From NCBI RefSeq assembly GCF_964355755.1, contig NC_092671.1:5208001-5272000 (forward strand): a stretch of 64,000 nt of DNA, written 5' to 3'. This document shows positions 37,739 through 51,251 of the stretch, in pieces. Origin of the DNA: Antedon mediterranea. Its lineage: Eukaryota > Animalia > Echinodermata. The position numbers and the translations under genes were made by a program. The notes beneath the pieces are model-generated. The model ran no database searches. It saw only the letters and a program-made list of their open reading frames with translations, and had not been told where the DNA came from. Position 1 is the first letter of the stretch. The number at the start of each line of letters is the position of its first letter.

Positions 37739-40700
37739 TTACTCACTGTATGTAGGGCGTAGTAACTGTGGTACTTTCGTAGCTAAAAGTAGGGCCTACG
37801 GACGTGATGCGGCCGGAAGTGTGTGAGGTAGTGGGGATGAAATGTTGAACATTTGTTAAATTGTCATACTTATAACCCGATTGTTCCGGTCATCAAATAT
37901 AAGTTAAATCCCGATCACTTCCGAACACTTCCCGAATATGTAATCGGAATTGATCGAACTGGTGATTGACATTGGTGGCCGCGCCAATCTTTATAAATTG
38001 ATTTTCTACGATTTTTTAAAATCCCGTACCGTACCTCTTTTTATTATTGTGTGAATCAATTAAATTTCAATAAGGCAGTTTTATCATAAAAACGTGGATG
38101 ATAATAATAAAGAAGAACGTTTCTCAGGGTCGCTGTTAATCACAGTGATTTTAGCAGGTACCCATTTAAAGTTAAGTTATATCGTTCTGCAAATGATGTC
38201 AGTGAAATATGACCTATTTATAATACGTATCATTTTTTCTCTCTCTCACTGATTTCTATAAGAGAATTAAGTGTGCTAGATGAGCTAATGCTGTCAATCT
38301 GGTGACCCAACGATTTGAACCAAGATCACTTGATTTTAGGGAAGCACCTAACTACTGTACAAATATTTTTCTTTTTAATTTGAGCCTACACCATGACGCT
38401 AGATATTTTATATTTTATCGGCAACAAGAAAATACAACATGGGAAGAGAGATAACGGATAGTTAGATCTACCACTACAAGAAAAATCGTCGACATAACGC
38501 TTTTGAAGAGGAGGATTGTATAGTGTCAGGAGAAAGTATCATCTCACATGTGATGAACGTTGCTATCAGAAGACGCGATACTGCATGGTGTTTATTATCG
38601 CTAGTCGTGATACGCTAGTGTATCGATTAAGAAGGAACACGGTTATAGATAACCGTATATTAACACGTTGGGGAAAATAATGTTACCGGTTCCTCGCAAA
38701 TATAATAATACTAGGCTTAATGATGTCAAGAAATGAGACGAGATAAGAGTCGGGTAGAGGAGATGTCATGTGCAATACACAATAAGCAACTTGTGGTGAC
38801 AACGTTGACAATTCGGCTAGTATCTATAGTTTATTAGGTCAATTGTCCAGTTCGTCCAAATTCAAAAGAATTTTTTTTAATTCATTTTTTTAAATGCCTG
38901 CTCGGGATGAAACACACTGTCGGTTGCCTGAATAACGTACACGGCTCCCTTGTTCGGAAAGTTGTTATACCAATAAATAAATACTGTTCCATAACTTCTT
39001 CTTTAATTTCCACCAGTATATTACCGACAAATAGAAAATTGACTCATGAAAATAATGATGTATATTATTTCTTTAAATCATTAACCTAAATAAATATAAA
39101 AACATATAACTTTACTGTACTAGAAAATGTGCCAATGATGTTATAACATTATATTATTATGATGTTATACAATAACATTTTAGGTAATAAAATAATATTT
39201 TGTATGTTCGAGTTGCACCAAATAAAAGACATATAAGGTGACGGATTAAAAATAAAATCTACTCAATTTTCCGTAACATGATTATGTTAATACTGCAATA
39301 TTTAGGTTAAGGCGTCTGGGCGAGAAGTCCACGTGGACTTAAATTCCATTTGTACAGAAACCTAAGATTTAAAATCATAAATATTATAAACAATGTACTA
39401 TTGGTAAGTTCATCCTGTAAGCTAGAAATCACAATTTTAAAAAAGCAATTAATTTTACTCTTTAAGAACTTCTACCTTTCTTAAAATCATAGTTCATCAG
39501 CCCACAATACAAGTTCAGCAAATCCGGCGCATTGCGTCTGAAGTGCGAACGACCCCCCTTTTTTTCAAAATTGATTGATTTAGCCAGAATATCTAGATGT
39601 AATAAGAGTATTGCTAAATTACATGAAAATCATTAGTAGCCACAAACAAAATTAATCAATTTTCTCTAGAAATTGTTGATTGATCTTTGAAACAATACAG
39701 GCCATGTATTCATTTTCCGAGTTAGTCCTAATAAAAATCAAATAATACAAAGTGATACTAGATAGGCATATGAGCCGATTGAAAGCTATAACAATACGGA
39801 TTAAGCGAAGGGTGAGTGCCTGCGAGTAAGTCGTCGAGAGTTAAGCTGTTGCTTAGTGAGTTGTGGTCAAAAGTGAAGTTGTTCGTGAGTGGTCAAAAGT
39901 GAAGCTGTTATAGAGCGGTCAAGCGTGAAGGTGTTTCTGATTGGTCAAAAGTAATTCAAATCTGTTTGTGGCCACATTATAGCAAATCAATAGATGCCGA
40001 AGCGGAGTTTCCAATATACAAGTGCACAAGGGCAAGGGATAGCCTATACCGCAATACGGAATCGATAATTGTGCATGAGACGTTAAGCCGTAGGTGTATA
40101 CATCAGGTTTCACGATACAGAACTCTTGGGTTCGCATTAGGCTAATCGAAATTAAAGTGGACGAACACACTTAGGCCTACACGATACAGGAAACACATGT
40201 GATACACATGAGCTATTGTATTACGGAATTTTCCTATGATTACTGCAGAAATTTGTCATATGTGTAAATATACCACTTATAATCATTCGTAACACGTTTC
40301 CACTTCAACAAAAATGTGCATTTTTTTTCCAAAACCACTAACCATTTATAAAACATGACGTTCAGAAGTGACCAGGTGTTATTTTACTAAAGCATCCTTT
40401 CTACTCCAATTTTTTAATATTTCCTAGGCCTGGTCATCATATCATATGACTAAGCACCTGTCAGGGGGCCAGTCCCTTTGAACCCCTTCTACTTTGAGTG
40501 TGTCATGACTTGATGTTTTTTGTGTTCCCCCACGGTCAGACTGGCTGGAATTACGCATTAATAGAGTGTTTGGCATCGTCTTGTTAATTACCGAACAAGA
40601 TGTTAACAAGTCATTTTTTATTAAACTCGACAGAGTCTGTTTAAAACCGGGATGTCATCTATAAACAGATTTTAATCTTCGGCGATAGACTTTTTTTTAA

Positions 40701-43700
40701 ACGGTTAACCCATCAATAATATATTGCAAAAGCTAGATATATGTACACTAATCCTGAAAATATGACAATAAAAGTATTTGTAGGTCTATAGTTCAACTAA
40801 AAGAATTATTAAAGATAAATTGTCACCCTAAAGTACTTTTAAAACAATTTGTTTTCATATACCATTTTAAGTCATATACTAGTTATTAACTTTGACTAAA
40901 AATGTGATTGAAAACACAAAATATAGGCCTATATATTTAACTGGAACAATCGTAATTTAAAGATAAAAAATAGTTATTAATTTAATTGTTTGTCTTTTTT
41001 TGTAAGTGAAATAAATATTGTTTTTATTTATTTTTTTCCTATGGAAATGAGTACTTTTATAAAAACACAGTCTATTCAAAGTTTGATTTTAATTATCTTC
41101 ATTTTCTGTTTTTTGTTGTTGTTGCTGGGGATGAGGTGAGAGACAATAAATTAAAATATTATCAATTTATTTTAATCTGTATCAAGATAAATGAAAATAT
41201 TCTATATCATGATATAAAACTTATAATTTACTAATTTATAAATTGAAAAGGAAAAATAAGATTTATTTATAACAATAGGCCGTAATTGTTATTTACTTGC
41301 AACACATCTTTTTAGATAAGCAATTCACAAACAATAAATATATTAAACAGGCCTATCCTACCAGTGTTTAGTAATTTTTTGTAATACAAATCCTGGAAGT
41401 AGAGTAAACTTTAACCAAAACCCTAGAATTACAAGGCCTAGCCACACAACCACATTCATAGCATATTTATAGCAATAAATTCTTTTAAAAGCTTTAAGCA
41501 ATCCTTACTGAAATGAATCTAATGTATCTATAATATCTATATTAATATTTTTATTAATTGCTTTAAAAAAAAAATGACAATGTAGATGAAAAAGATATTT
41601 AAAACAAAAACATAACAATTTTGTTTTGTGTCTGTCTTTTGTGATTAGGGCTTAATTTTTTTTTAAAACATTTCAAACCATATACACTTATATATAATTT
41701 AATGATACAATATATGAAATCACACATTACCAACCAAAAAAAAATTAATCAAAATAAAAGTAATTATTCCAATATAAAAAACAAGAGTATAGGATACAGA
41801 ATAGAAGACTCCAGACTTATAAAATTAAATGTTGTCATAATACCACAAAATAAAAAAACACAAACTGATGAATATACACATTATTTTAGATTGTAATAAA
41901 AAAAAGCCATGAAATGAAAAATTCAAGGTCAATAAACTATCACAAAAAACCAACCAAAGTAAAAACAAAATTACAAATATTAAAATGACAGAGAATGACA
42001 AATGTAGGCCTACCTATTATAAGACTTTAAAATTATAATATTACATGTGGTAAAAATATCACAAAATAAGAAAAATGAACTAATGAATTGATATCGTAAA
42101 AAAAATCAATCAAATAACAAACTCAACAATTCTAAAAAGTATTCCAATATACAGGTAAAAACTGACACAATGAAGTATTAGGCATACTTGTTACAGAATA
42201 TACTTAAAATAATTTAAAAATTACATGCGGTTCAAATATCACTAAATAAAAAAAACAAAAACTGTTGAATTTATAATCAAATAAAAAAGTCATAAGATTA
42301 CAAACTACATACCCAGTATTGGTAAAAAATTATCAACTATCCAAACAGACAAGAGTAAAATTGCTGAAGAATAACTGGAAACTTTAACGGCCCGAGGTGA
42401 AAAGTGATGCGTATTGAATCACAGCTGTACACAGTACTGCCAATCAACAAGCCAACCTGACCACGCTTCTATCCGCACTCAACAGGCTTGTAGATTGACC
42501 TTTGTGACCCCGTCCCCTTCCCAGTTTGCAGCCTGTTGCAGCCTAACCACCTAGAACCGATTACATTTTCTTTTCTCAGTCGTATGCAAGTATCTTCGGT
42601 CATATCAGTTGACACCTGTTTTATGCAGTATGTCAACAGTTTTTGTATAAACTTTCACAATATTTTATCAATTTTAAATACGATATGGCCAGATTGGGAT
42701 GCCAAGACGCATAAAATGTCATCTGTTTCGGCCATGGCTTTTTAATAATAATATTCTGCCATGACTATCGTTTATATATATAAAACAGACATTTCTTTAG
42801 AATGAGTATGAATTTGTTAGGACAATTCCTGAAACTTTTTTGTTTTGTTGTGCCTTACCCCAAAATAACTGGTAACAAACTCATCATAGGACATTTCAGA
42901 AATAACAAGATAACGTGATGTTTTACAATACTTACAAATGTATTGTCACACAAAACATGAAAAATTAAGGCAACAAAATCTTTTAATAGCAATTTTGTAG
43001 TTTTAGTCAAGTTATTCCGTAGAAAATAAACAAAAAAAAATGATATTTCAACCAAAGACCCATTGTCTGACAGACCATTTGACTATTTTTTTAGGTACAT
43101 TTTTTGGATTTTTTTGTCAAATATATGACATTAAAAAGTTCTATACAGAATACAAATAAAACAAAAACAAAACACAGATAAAATAATTAGTTTTTGTAAA
43201 TTCTATTTAATATAATGTACATATTTATGTAAAATCTATTTTAAAAACATTTTTTGATATGTCAAGGAAGACTGTGATTCAACAGGCCATAACAAAAAAA
43301 TAAAAAACCTAATTATCATAGAATTACATTTAACTATATAAATAGTCATAAATAACTATGCAAAAGCATTACATTAAACTAAGTATACACTTTTTAAAGT
43401 GTGAAAAAACTACTTAATAAATATTAATCCATACAGATTTTGGTGGGTGACAATATTAACATTTTTAAATGTAGTTAAACACACTGATCGTTCAACCGTA
43501 AGAATGCACGGTGTAGTGAAAATGTACTAAATTTATATTAATAATTCTTTATAATTATAAATAAGCCTAATTCTTCAATAATCATGCAACTAAATATAAT
43601 GTTAAGATCTGTCAATATTAATCAACATATTGATTGAGAGGGGAAGGAGGGGTGGGGATGGTGTCATTAGTTCAAATAACAGTTTTTTTTTTAATTTTAA

Positions 43701-46700
43701 AATGCATAATTGTAGAAATACAGTATTTGAAAATAAATAAATGTTAGAATATGAATATGTTATAAAACAACAATTTCAGCACAGTTTACAACCCCATTAA
43801 TAAAGTACCTCCTACCGCACGCAAATATAGTTACAATTGGTTTGCTGGTAGCGTTGCGGACCAAAACGGTTGACTTAGATGAACCGTAATGATCATTGTA
43901 TAGAATCGTGGAGGAGGAAAATGGACCCAATTCAGATATAATATGAGGTGGGCTTCAAAATCTAAGGTGTGTTTTTAAATTAGTGAATAAAATATAATAT
44001 GCAATGGGCTTAAAATCTAAGGTGATGGGCTTATAAATGCATTATTAATATTACATAGAATATTATTAAAAGTACTGAAGGAAAACTGTAACTAATTGTT
44101 GCTATAAAAAAAATTGTTTTATATTAGCATAATTTATATTTGGACAAACCATATTAATATTCATTCATATTCAAATGAAAGTTTATCTATGTGCACATTA
44201 ATATCTGTAACAAAACTAATACTAATGGGACTTTCCCCTGCCATGCAAACAAACCCACAAGGTTATTATCAAGTTTCCTTTAACATTTCCTTATCTTAAA
44301 TAAAACTACTCGATTTTTATTTGAATTTTAATGTTTAAATGTAAATCCTTATTCTACTGTTACACACACATAGTATATAAAGCACTCTATGGACGTAATA
44401 CCTAATTTTCTGAAAAGCATATAAAGATTTTCTGAAAAGATACATTATAACCCCTATTGAGAGGATATGTTTGGGTTTGAATAATGTGTCACCTTAATAG
44501 GGGTGTTCCCTGAATAGGGGTTGGAGGAAGGCAGTAGGGTTAAATTAATTGTGTTAAAACATTTCCTCCAAAACATTTTTCCAATGGTTACATTTAGTAA
44601 AATATGCTACACATTGTTTTCATAGTCTTGTGCAGTCAACCACTTAACAATTGAACATACAGTAAGTAGAGCAATTTCAAATTTACCTATGGAAGTTACA
44701 ATTCAGCATTTTATGTAACTTACAATTTCATTCAAGTCTGTTTCTTAATGGATTTACAGACGGTTTCATATAACAAGATTTAAACAAATTGGTTGAGAAA
44801 TGCCGCAAAGAACTGGACAGTTACTCCAGCCTACTTTTAAACTTTAATGTCCACTTCAAATACATGAAGTTAAATTAGCAATTATTAATGACGGAATAAA
44901 ATGCTGGACATTCGCTCAAAAGAATGTTAGTTTTAATGCAACTAATAATGTTACTAATTGGTGATATACAATGTATAAATTTTAACTTATGCTGGGTTTA
45001 ACATTCTTTGTTTTAAACAATTGTAAAAATATATGGAACTTTTTTTTTCTCAAAAAAAAATGTATATTACAAACATTATAAAATGTTTTTAATGAAAGAT
45101 AAATATTCATTAGAATTACCAAATGCGGAGATAAATGAGTAAATATGAAGGGTCGGGTCAGGTCAGGTCGTCTGCTTTATATGCAGACATCAACATGTGT
45201 ACATTCTAGTTTAAAACACAAACTGTGGAGTTCATTCAATGTTTTGATTATAGCAAATTTTTAAAACACGATTTTTCATAAACGATTTGAGTTAAAAAAT
45301 CCAGCATTGTTTTTAAACGTTTATAAAGATTATTATATTTAATATTCACATAATAGGACAATATTATTAGAAAATTTGAATAAATCAATTGTTTTCTGCC
45401 ACCATTTGTTCGTATGGACAAATATTATTACGAGAACAAGTGGCGACGTGTGTTAAGGAGATACTAACATTAAATTTGGTCAGACATATACTTCCTGTAT
45501 AACTGAACTTTATAACCTTCATGATAATTTCCTCAAAAAGAATGGAAATATCCATATAAAATGTAAAAATAGAATATTTTATAAGTTGACTAATGTTGTA
45601 CAATATAACACAAATAAACAATACAGTGTCAAGAAATTTTGTAGATAGAGGGCGACATAATAATTACTTTATTAACAACAAATAATTAAGATTTTTTGTC
45701 GGTAATTTTTGATAGATAACAATTTTATTTAGGTTAATATGACTGGAAAGGAAGATGGAATATGGGTAGCTATTAGGGTTGGATATGTGATTTGCAAAGA
45801 CCATGGAACAGACAGTTACGTTAGATGGATTGCATTGGTAACAAATATTACTACTTGCCTTCTAAATTTCAGGGAAAAATATTAAAGAATTAATTAAAAT
45901 TAAATTTTGTTTAGCAACACTGCTAATCTGTCCAAAAACCTAGTTTTGTATTGAATGTCTTGTTAAACAATTTTATAATTTTGTAGCACTAGTTTTGTAT
46001 AGCTTTTTTCTATGCTACACTGGCAAAATATTATATAGCTTTGAAATAAATTTTCCAATGGGTATCTTATGGTGGATTATTTTCATTATTTATTTTTCCA
46101 TTACACCGAAAACAAATATTGTACAGTGGTGGCAGTGATGCAATATACATAACACAGAAAATGATAAGAAAAATGTAAAAAATTGTATTATTTCATGTAA
46201 TGACACTGGATAGCTTGCCTAACTAATCAAGCTCACAGGGTACTTGAACTTTTATCAAAAAGTAATATTTTAAGAGACTAACATCTACCATAAATAGAGA
46301 GTTAGTGATACAACTTATAAACGTTTACTAAATATAAAAAATGTTAAAATATAAAGATCTGATTGCTAATTAGCAATCAGTAAATTGAAGTAATTTTCCA
46401 TAAAATCCATTAGTACATTAAACCACAACCATTAGGCAATGATTATCTATGCAGTATTTGTACTTATTACATTAATGAACCCCTTAGGCACTAATTGTTT
46501 TATTAGTGCCTGCAAACTTGTATATTAATTGTTTATATTGATGTTACATTCTTGTCAATACTAATGTATATCTTGTGACCTAGATATTAGGTTACTTTTA
46601 GGTTGATTTCAGCCTAGAGTGTACTATTGTATAATAAGAGTGTTCTAATTAAAACATGCATATTTTAATTAGAAAGAATATATATAAATATCATTTATTT

Positions 46701-48487
46701 TTATATTTTGTATCTAGCTTTTTGCTTAGTGTATTTATTTTGTATCTCACTTGAGATAAAAGCATATTTAGCCACTTAACATTTGTGTTTTTCATTTAAT
46801 TTTGGATTTAGTCAATTTTCCAAGAAATATCTATTGTTTCATTTTTAGGTTTAAAGTTGCAAAGAATATGAATTTATTATTTTAATATTTGATACAGTAG
46901 TTATTCATTTATGTAGATATGTGAACATCATAGTATTGCATTACAATATAATGACTTATCATGGCTGCTTGAATATCGTTTACTAATCCAGAAAATGAAC
47001 GGCCAGAATCGCCGCAGGGACGATGCCTCAAATCGGGGGATGTAGAAGTAGGTTGGCGACACTAACCGGCAACAACCATGTATAGAGGGCGCTGTCCATC
47101 ATTCTTAGCACCATAGGTAAGACGTTTTACGGTCATGTTAGCATTCACATATCATTTTAATGCACAGCTTTGTATTTGATGAAAAGATTGTACATAACTC
47201 GAACGGTGGATTTCAAATCTCTATGAACAATATCTAAAAAAAAGAAAAGACACGAATCAAAGACTATCTTACGGCAACTAGGACTAATACTCATACAACC
47301 ACTACAATGCTTCTATTGTTTGCTGTGTCACGTTTCTAGGTCAAATCTGGTTCTTATAAATTAATTGCGAAATTAAATTTAAATTGTTGTCTATTATATG
47401 ATAATCTCTTTATTAGCATACATACAGGATTTCGATTAGAGCCAGATTTCTTTCAATGGTTTCAAAATTGTATTATAATTTAATGTATGTAATGTCTAGA
47501 TTTAATTATTACTTTATTTTATTAGATAGTCTAATTATAAAAAGGGCTGGTACAAGTTTGATGCAGGAAAACATTTTGGATGTTTCTTTTTGGTCGGGGA
47601 GATTTTATTTAAAAACATGGCAATGTCATTCATTCCATGAAATGGAACAAATATAAATGTAGTTTTACTGACTAGAGTAAATGGTTGATTTGTAAAATTC
47701 GTTAAAATTACCACACCCTCCATATTGTCAAAGCTTAGCCACTTTGTTTAATAAAGGCACATAATTTAACTGTTGTAAAGATTTTAAAACCCATTATATA
47801 AGGAAGCATGTAGAAAGCAGAAACGGGAGAGGAAGAATATATTTTGGGATGCAACAATGATAATAATATCAAATGAAATGGTAGGGGAAAATATGCAACA
47901 CCAATGTGTCCAATTATTTTTATAGTCCGAGGTTCCAAAATATTTAACGATTTTTCAGTTCTACTAAAGAAAAACTTATTCAAAAATTGGTAGGTTATCA
48001 GTTACAACAGCAAAGAATAGTCAAAATGCATAATCAATAACTAGATATGCTATAATTATTAGCAACTATTAACATATTAATGTAAACATTATTTATCTAC
48101 AGTACTATATATTTGACCATTATCACTTGTTTACCGATAGAATTTCCATAAATGCATATCAAAATAAAACCCGAGCCTTTGTTCACTATTTTTTTAAAGA
48201 TGGTAATTTAATAATCATGTATATAAAAGAAGGCTCTATAAAATTAGTTAGGTATGTGCACCAAAAGATTCAATATTGATGCTATAGCATGAAATAGTAA
48301 TACTATAGCATGAAATAGCGATGATATAGCATTCAAATGAATCAAATATATCATTTGCAGAAGTAAAGATAAGATATTGCTATTAATTCTGTATAAAGGT
48401 CATATTATTTTCAATATCATAAAGGATTGTGATATATGCAATTAGAACAATTAAAAAAAATCGATATAGACTATACGATTCACTTAA

Positions 48488-49098
48488 GGCCAATTTACAC
48501 AGACGAGCGGTAACGGTAAGCGGTAATTGTAAGCGAAAAACCGCGTGGCTTTTCCCATTTACACAGCGCGCGGAGTTTGCGAACGGAGTGATGGAAAGTA
48601 GGTGCGTGTAGGCTAATGCATGTTACAGTCACTGCTGGCCTAGATGTGACTGTCAGTAGGCCTAGCACACACAGGCCTAAGTTTTAGAGGGAATTGTTGC
48701 CTAATAACGTACTAAAATGTGTATTTTCTTTTCACTATCCTTATACAAACATTAGTCACGTCGCAGGTGTTTGTATTTCTGAATAAAAAGAAGTTGCAAA
48801 CTAGGCTAGGCCTACTACGGCACTCGTATTTATTGTCGTCTTTCACTCGACGGACGCAAAAAAAAGTTGTTGATAGATGACGTCATTTCAATCATGTCGT
48901 TGGTTGGCCAGAATCCATAATTACCGCGCGGTATTTTCACAAAATCGAATCTGTTTCGATCCTGAGCAGATTTCCGCTCAACCGCTCGTCCGCTCCGCCT
49001 TCTGTGTAAATGGTCATAAGAAATAACATAGATTCTATTTTTGCGTTTTCCGCTCAACTTTACCGCTTACCGTTACCGCTCGTCTGTGTAAATTGGCC
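48488..49098. mobile_element. MITE, PIF/Harbinger-like
   Basis: Perfect ~37-bp TIR ggccaatttacacagacgagcggtaacggtaagcggtaa; flanks TAA/TAT (imperfect TSD). Confidence 0.85.
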
Positions 49099-49449
49099 TA
49101 TAGTCTTTGATTACCATTGAAAAGAGACAATAGTATAATAATACTATACATAGAGGAATTCCTCCAGGCATTATAGTATGTAGCTATCAAGTGTATGAAA
49201 CAAGTGGGATGATGGTCAAATATTTAAACATCAGCATTCAACACTGTTTCTATTTTGTCCTACAGACAATACAGCACATTCATCATATCAACTATTAATA
49301 ACTAATTTTTAATATTCATAAACGATAATGTTATACACGTCAAATGTCTCTTCCAGGTGGAGAGCAAAGCAAATCCTGAAAAGCAAGGTGAATGGTTAAA
49401 TGGCTTTACCATGCGGCAAACTGCATTCAAAGCACACTATTGGTGTTTT

Positions 49450-49600
49450 AAAGCTCTGTCTACACTACCAACTAGTTTGACGAAAAAAGTGTGATGTGCT
49501 CAAATATGGTAGTGATATGCCTAAATATGGTATGGATAGGGCATCATCATGTCCATATATGGGCACATCACATTTTTTTTGTCACATAACGTTTAATAGT
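49450..49600. mobile_element. AGCTCTGTCTACACT MITE, truncated copy
   Basis: aaagctctgtctacactaccaactagtttgacg...gggcacatcaca matches the 7591 family. Confidence 0.7.
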
Positions 49601-50658
49601 TCTTAACGCTTGCCATTAAGAAGCAAGAAGCTTACTGAAGGTTATAGAGGGCGACATTTCAAATATTTACTTTGTCATACTGACAATGTTTCAAGTTTAA
49701 AATAATTTTTTGTGTGTTTATAATTTTTTTTTTATGAATCTTTTTTAGAAATAAGTTGATAGTTTAATGGAATTTACTAGCAACTATTATAATATACATG
49801 ATCAAATGTTGAAAATTACACAATCATTTGATAAACTATAAGAATTTTTGAACTTTAGAGAAATAAGTAGGTAAATATGTTAAACTATTTATTCTTTAGG
49901 AAAAAACGTAAAATAGGTAAAGAATTAATGTTAAATTTACAGTCTAACTAATTCTATGAAGATAATCTGGTTACGTTAATACTCTAGGTTCTAACTAATG
50001 TTACAATGAAAACACGGTGATTTTAAAATGGATGGAATCAAAGATGGATGCCAAGTAACCTATTTTTGGTCAAAGAACTGGTAGGAAAATTTCATAATAC
50101 AGAGTCACATGTGTATCACATATTCAATCCTGTATCGTGGAAGGTTAGGTTAAGGTTAGATACTGGGATCACATGTGATAATCTATCATAGTAATTGCAA
50201 TGATACCGATACAAATTGTAGATATAGTACCAAGAATTAGATGAGATATCAAATCTGTCTCATAACATTGGAGTCAGACCATGTGACTAATGTCGGCCAA
50301 TCATCTTTGATTCATTCCATTGTGATTTCTAGCTATTCCTAGTACTATGAGTTACATTATGCGATCTAGCTAGAGATGTTAATGAAAACAAATGGTAGTA
50401 TGATTTAGTATGAAACACATTTTTGTTAGATGTAAATCATGCAGTTTCACAACATTCTTTTAAAGATGGTGCATGAAATTAATCTGAACCCATCGAGTCA
50501 CTTTTTAAACAAAACATTTAAAAGTAAACAGCCTGAAACTTTTTAATTTTGATAAGTCAATTCTCAGAAAACCAATAAATACTTTATTGTTGTATTAATT
50601 AGATTTTGGTAGTTTAAGATAAGTGGGGATACATCGCTGTTGGTGTGAATTGAAATAC

Positions 50659-50955
50659 AGTAGAACTCAGAAGTGTCCGTTTAATAGGTGTGTTCCCATT
50701 AATACGGATGTCCCTTAAATAGGGATGTCCTTTTAATAGTGGTGTCCCCTGAATAGGGGTCAGTCATACTGTTAAAAACATTGCACTGTGTTCATTTCTC
50801 AGAAAAATATCCCCCCTTAATATAGGTGTTCCTTTAATAGGGATGTCCCCTTAAAAGTGGTGTCCCTCGGCTGTAGTGATAAATTTATATTGCACTTTTT
50901 CTATTTCTTGAAGTGTCCTCTTAATAGGGTGTCCAAAAGGAGAGGGGATCTACTG
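50659..50955. mobile_element. Degenerate pogo/Tc1-type MITE with gtgtcc..taatagggg subrepeats
   Basis: ta|cagtagaac ... ggggatctactg ends, ~18-bp subterminal repeats; similar fragments at ~5651, ~24384 and ~44450. Confidence 0.55.
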
Positions 50956-51165
50956 TGATAAAAGTAAAAATAGGAAGGAAATAAGGACTGGAGAAAATGA
51001 AATAAATTAGGCCTGGTTTTCTTGACATTCCAGTTTTAACAGAGTACAATACAGTTATAAACATAACCATTGTTTAAATAGAAATTTGTTAAAAATTAAT
51101 TATTGTGTAAACTTGGATAGGTTCAGATTAATTGTTTAATGTTGCTATGGAGACCTGCACAGAGT

Positions 51166-51251
51166 TCAAAGGTTAATGTCAGCTTCCTTGTACTTAAGAA
51201 ACATGGTGTAAAGAATACGCAAAGTAGACTTGAGATGGTACTGGACCACGT
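51166..51251 (-). CDS. PARVA: Parvin exon 12 (DVVQYHLKSTLRILYTMFLKYKEADINL*)
   Basis: Matches the parvin C-terminus D.VN.DLKSTLR.LY..F.KY; acceptor cttctgcag. Confidence 0.93.

Noticed and set aside
49357-49388. Plus-strand micro-exon-like segment ttccag|GTGGAG...GCAAG|gtgaat
   Set aside because: No partner exons or homology recognisable.
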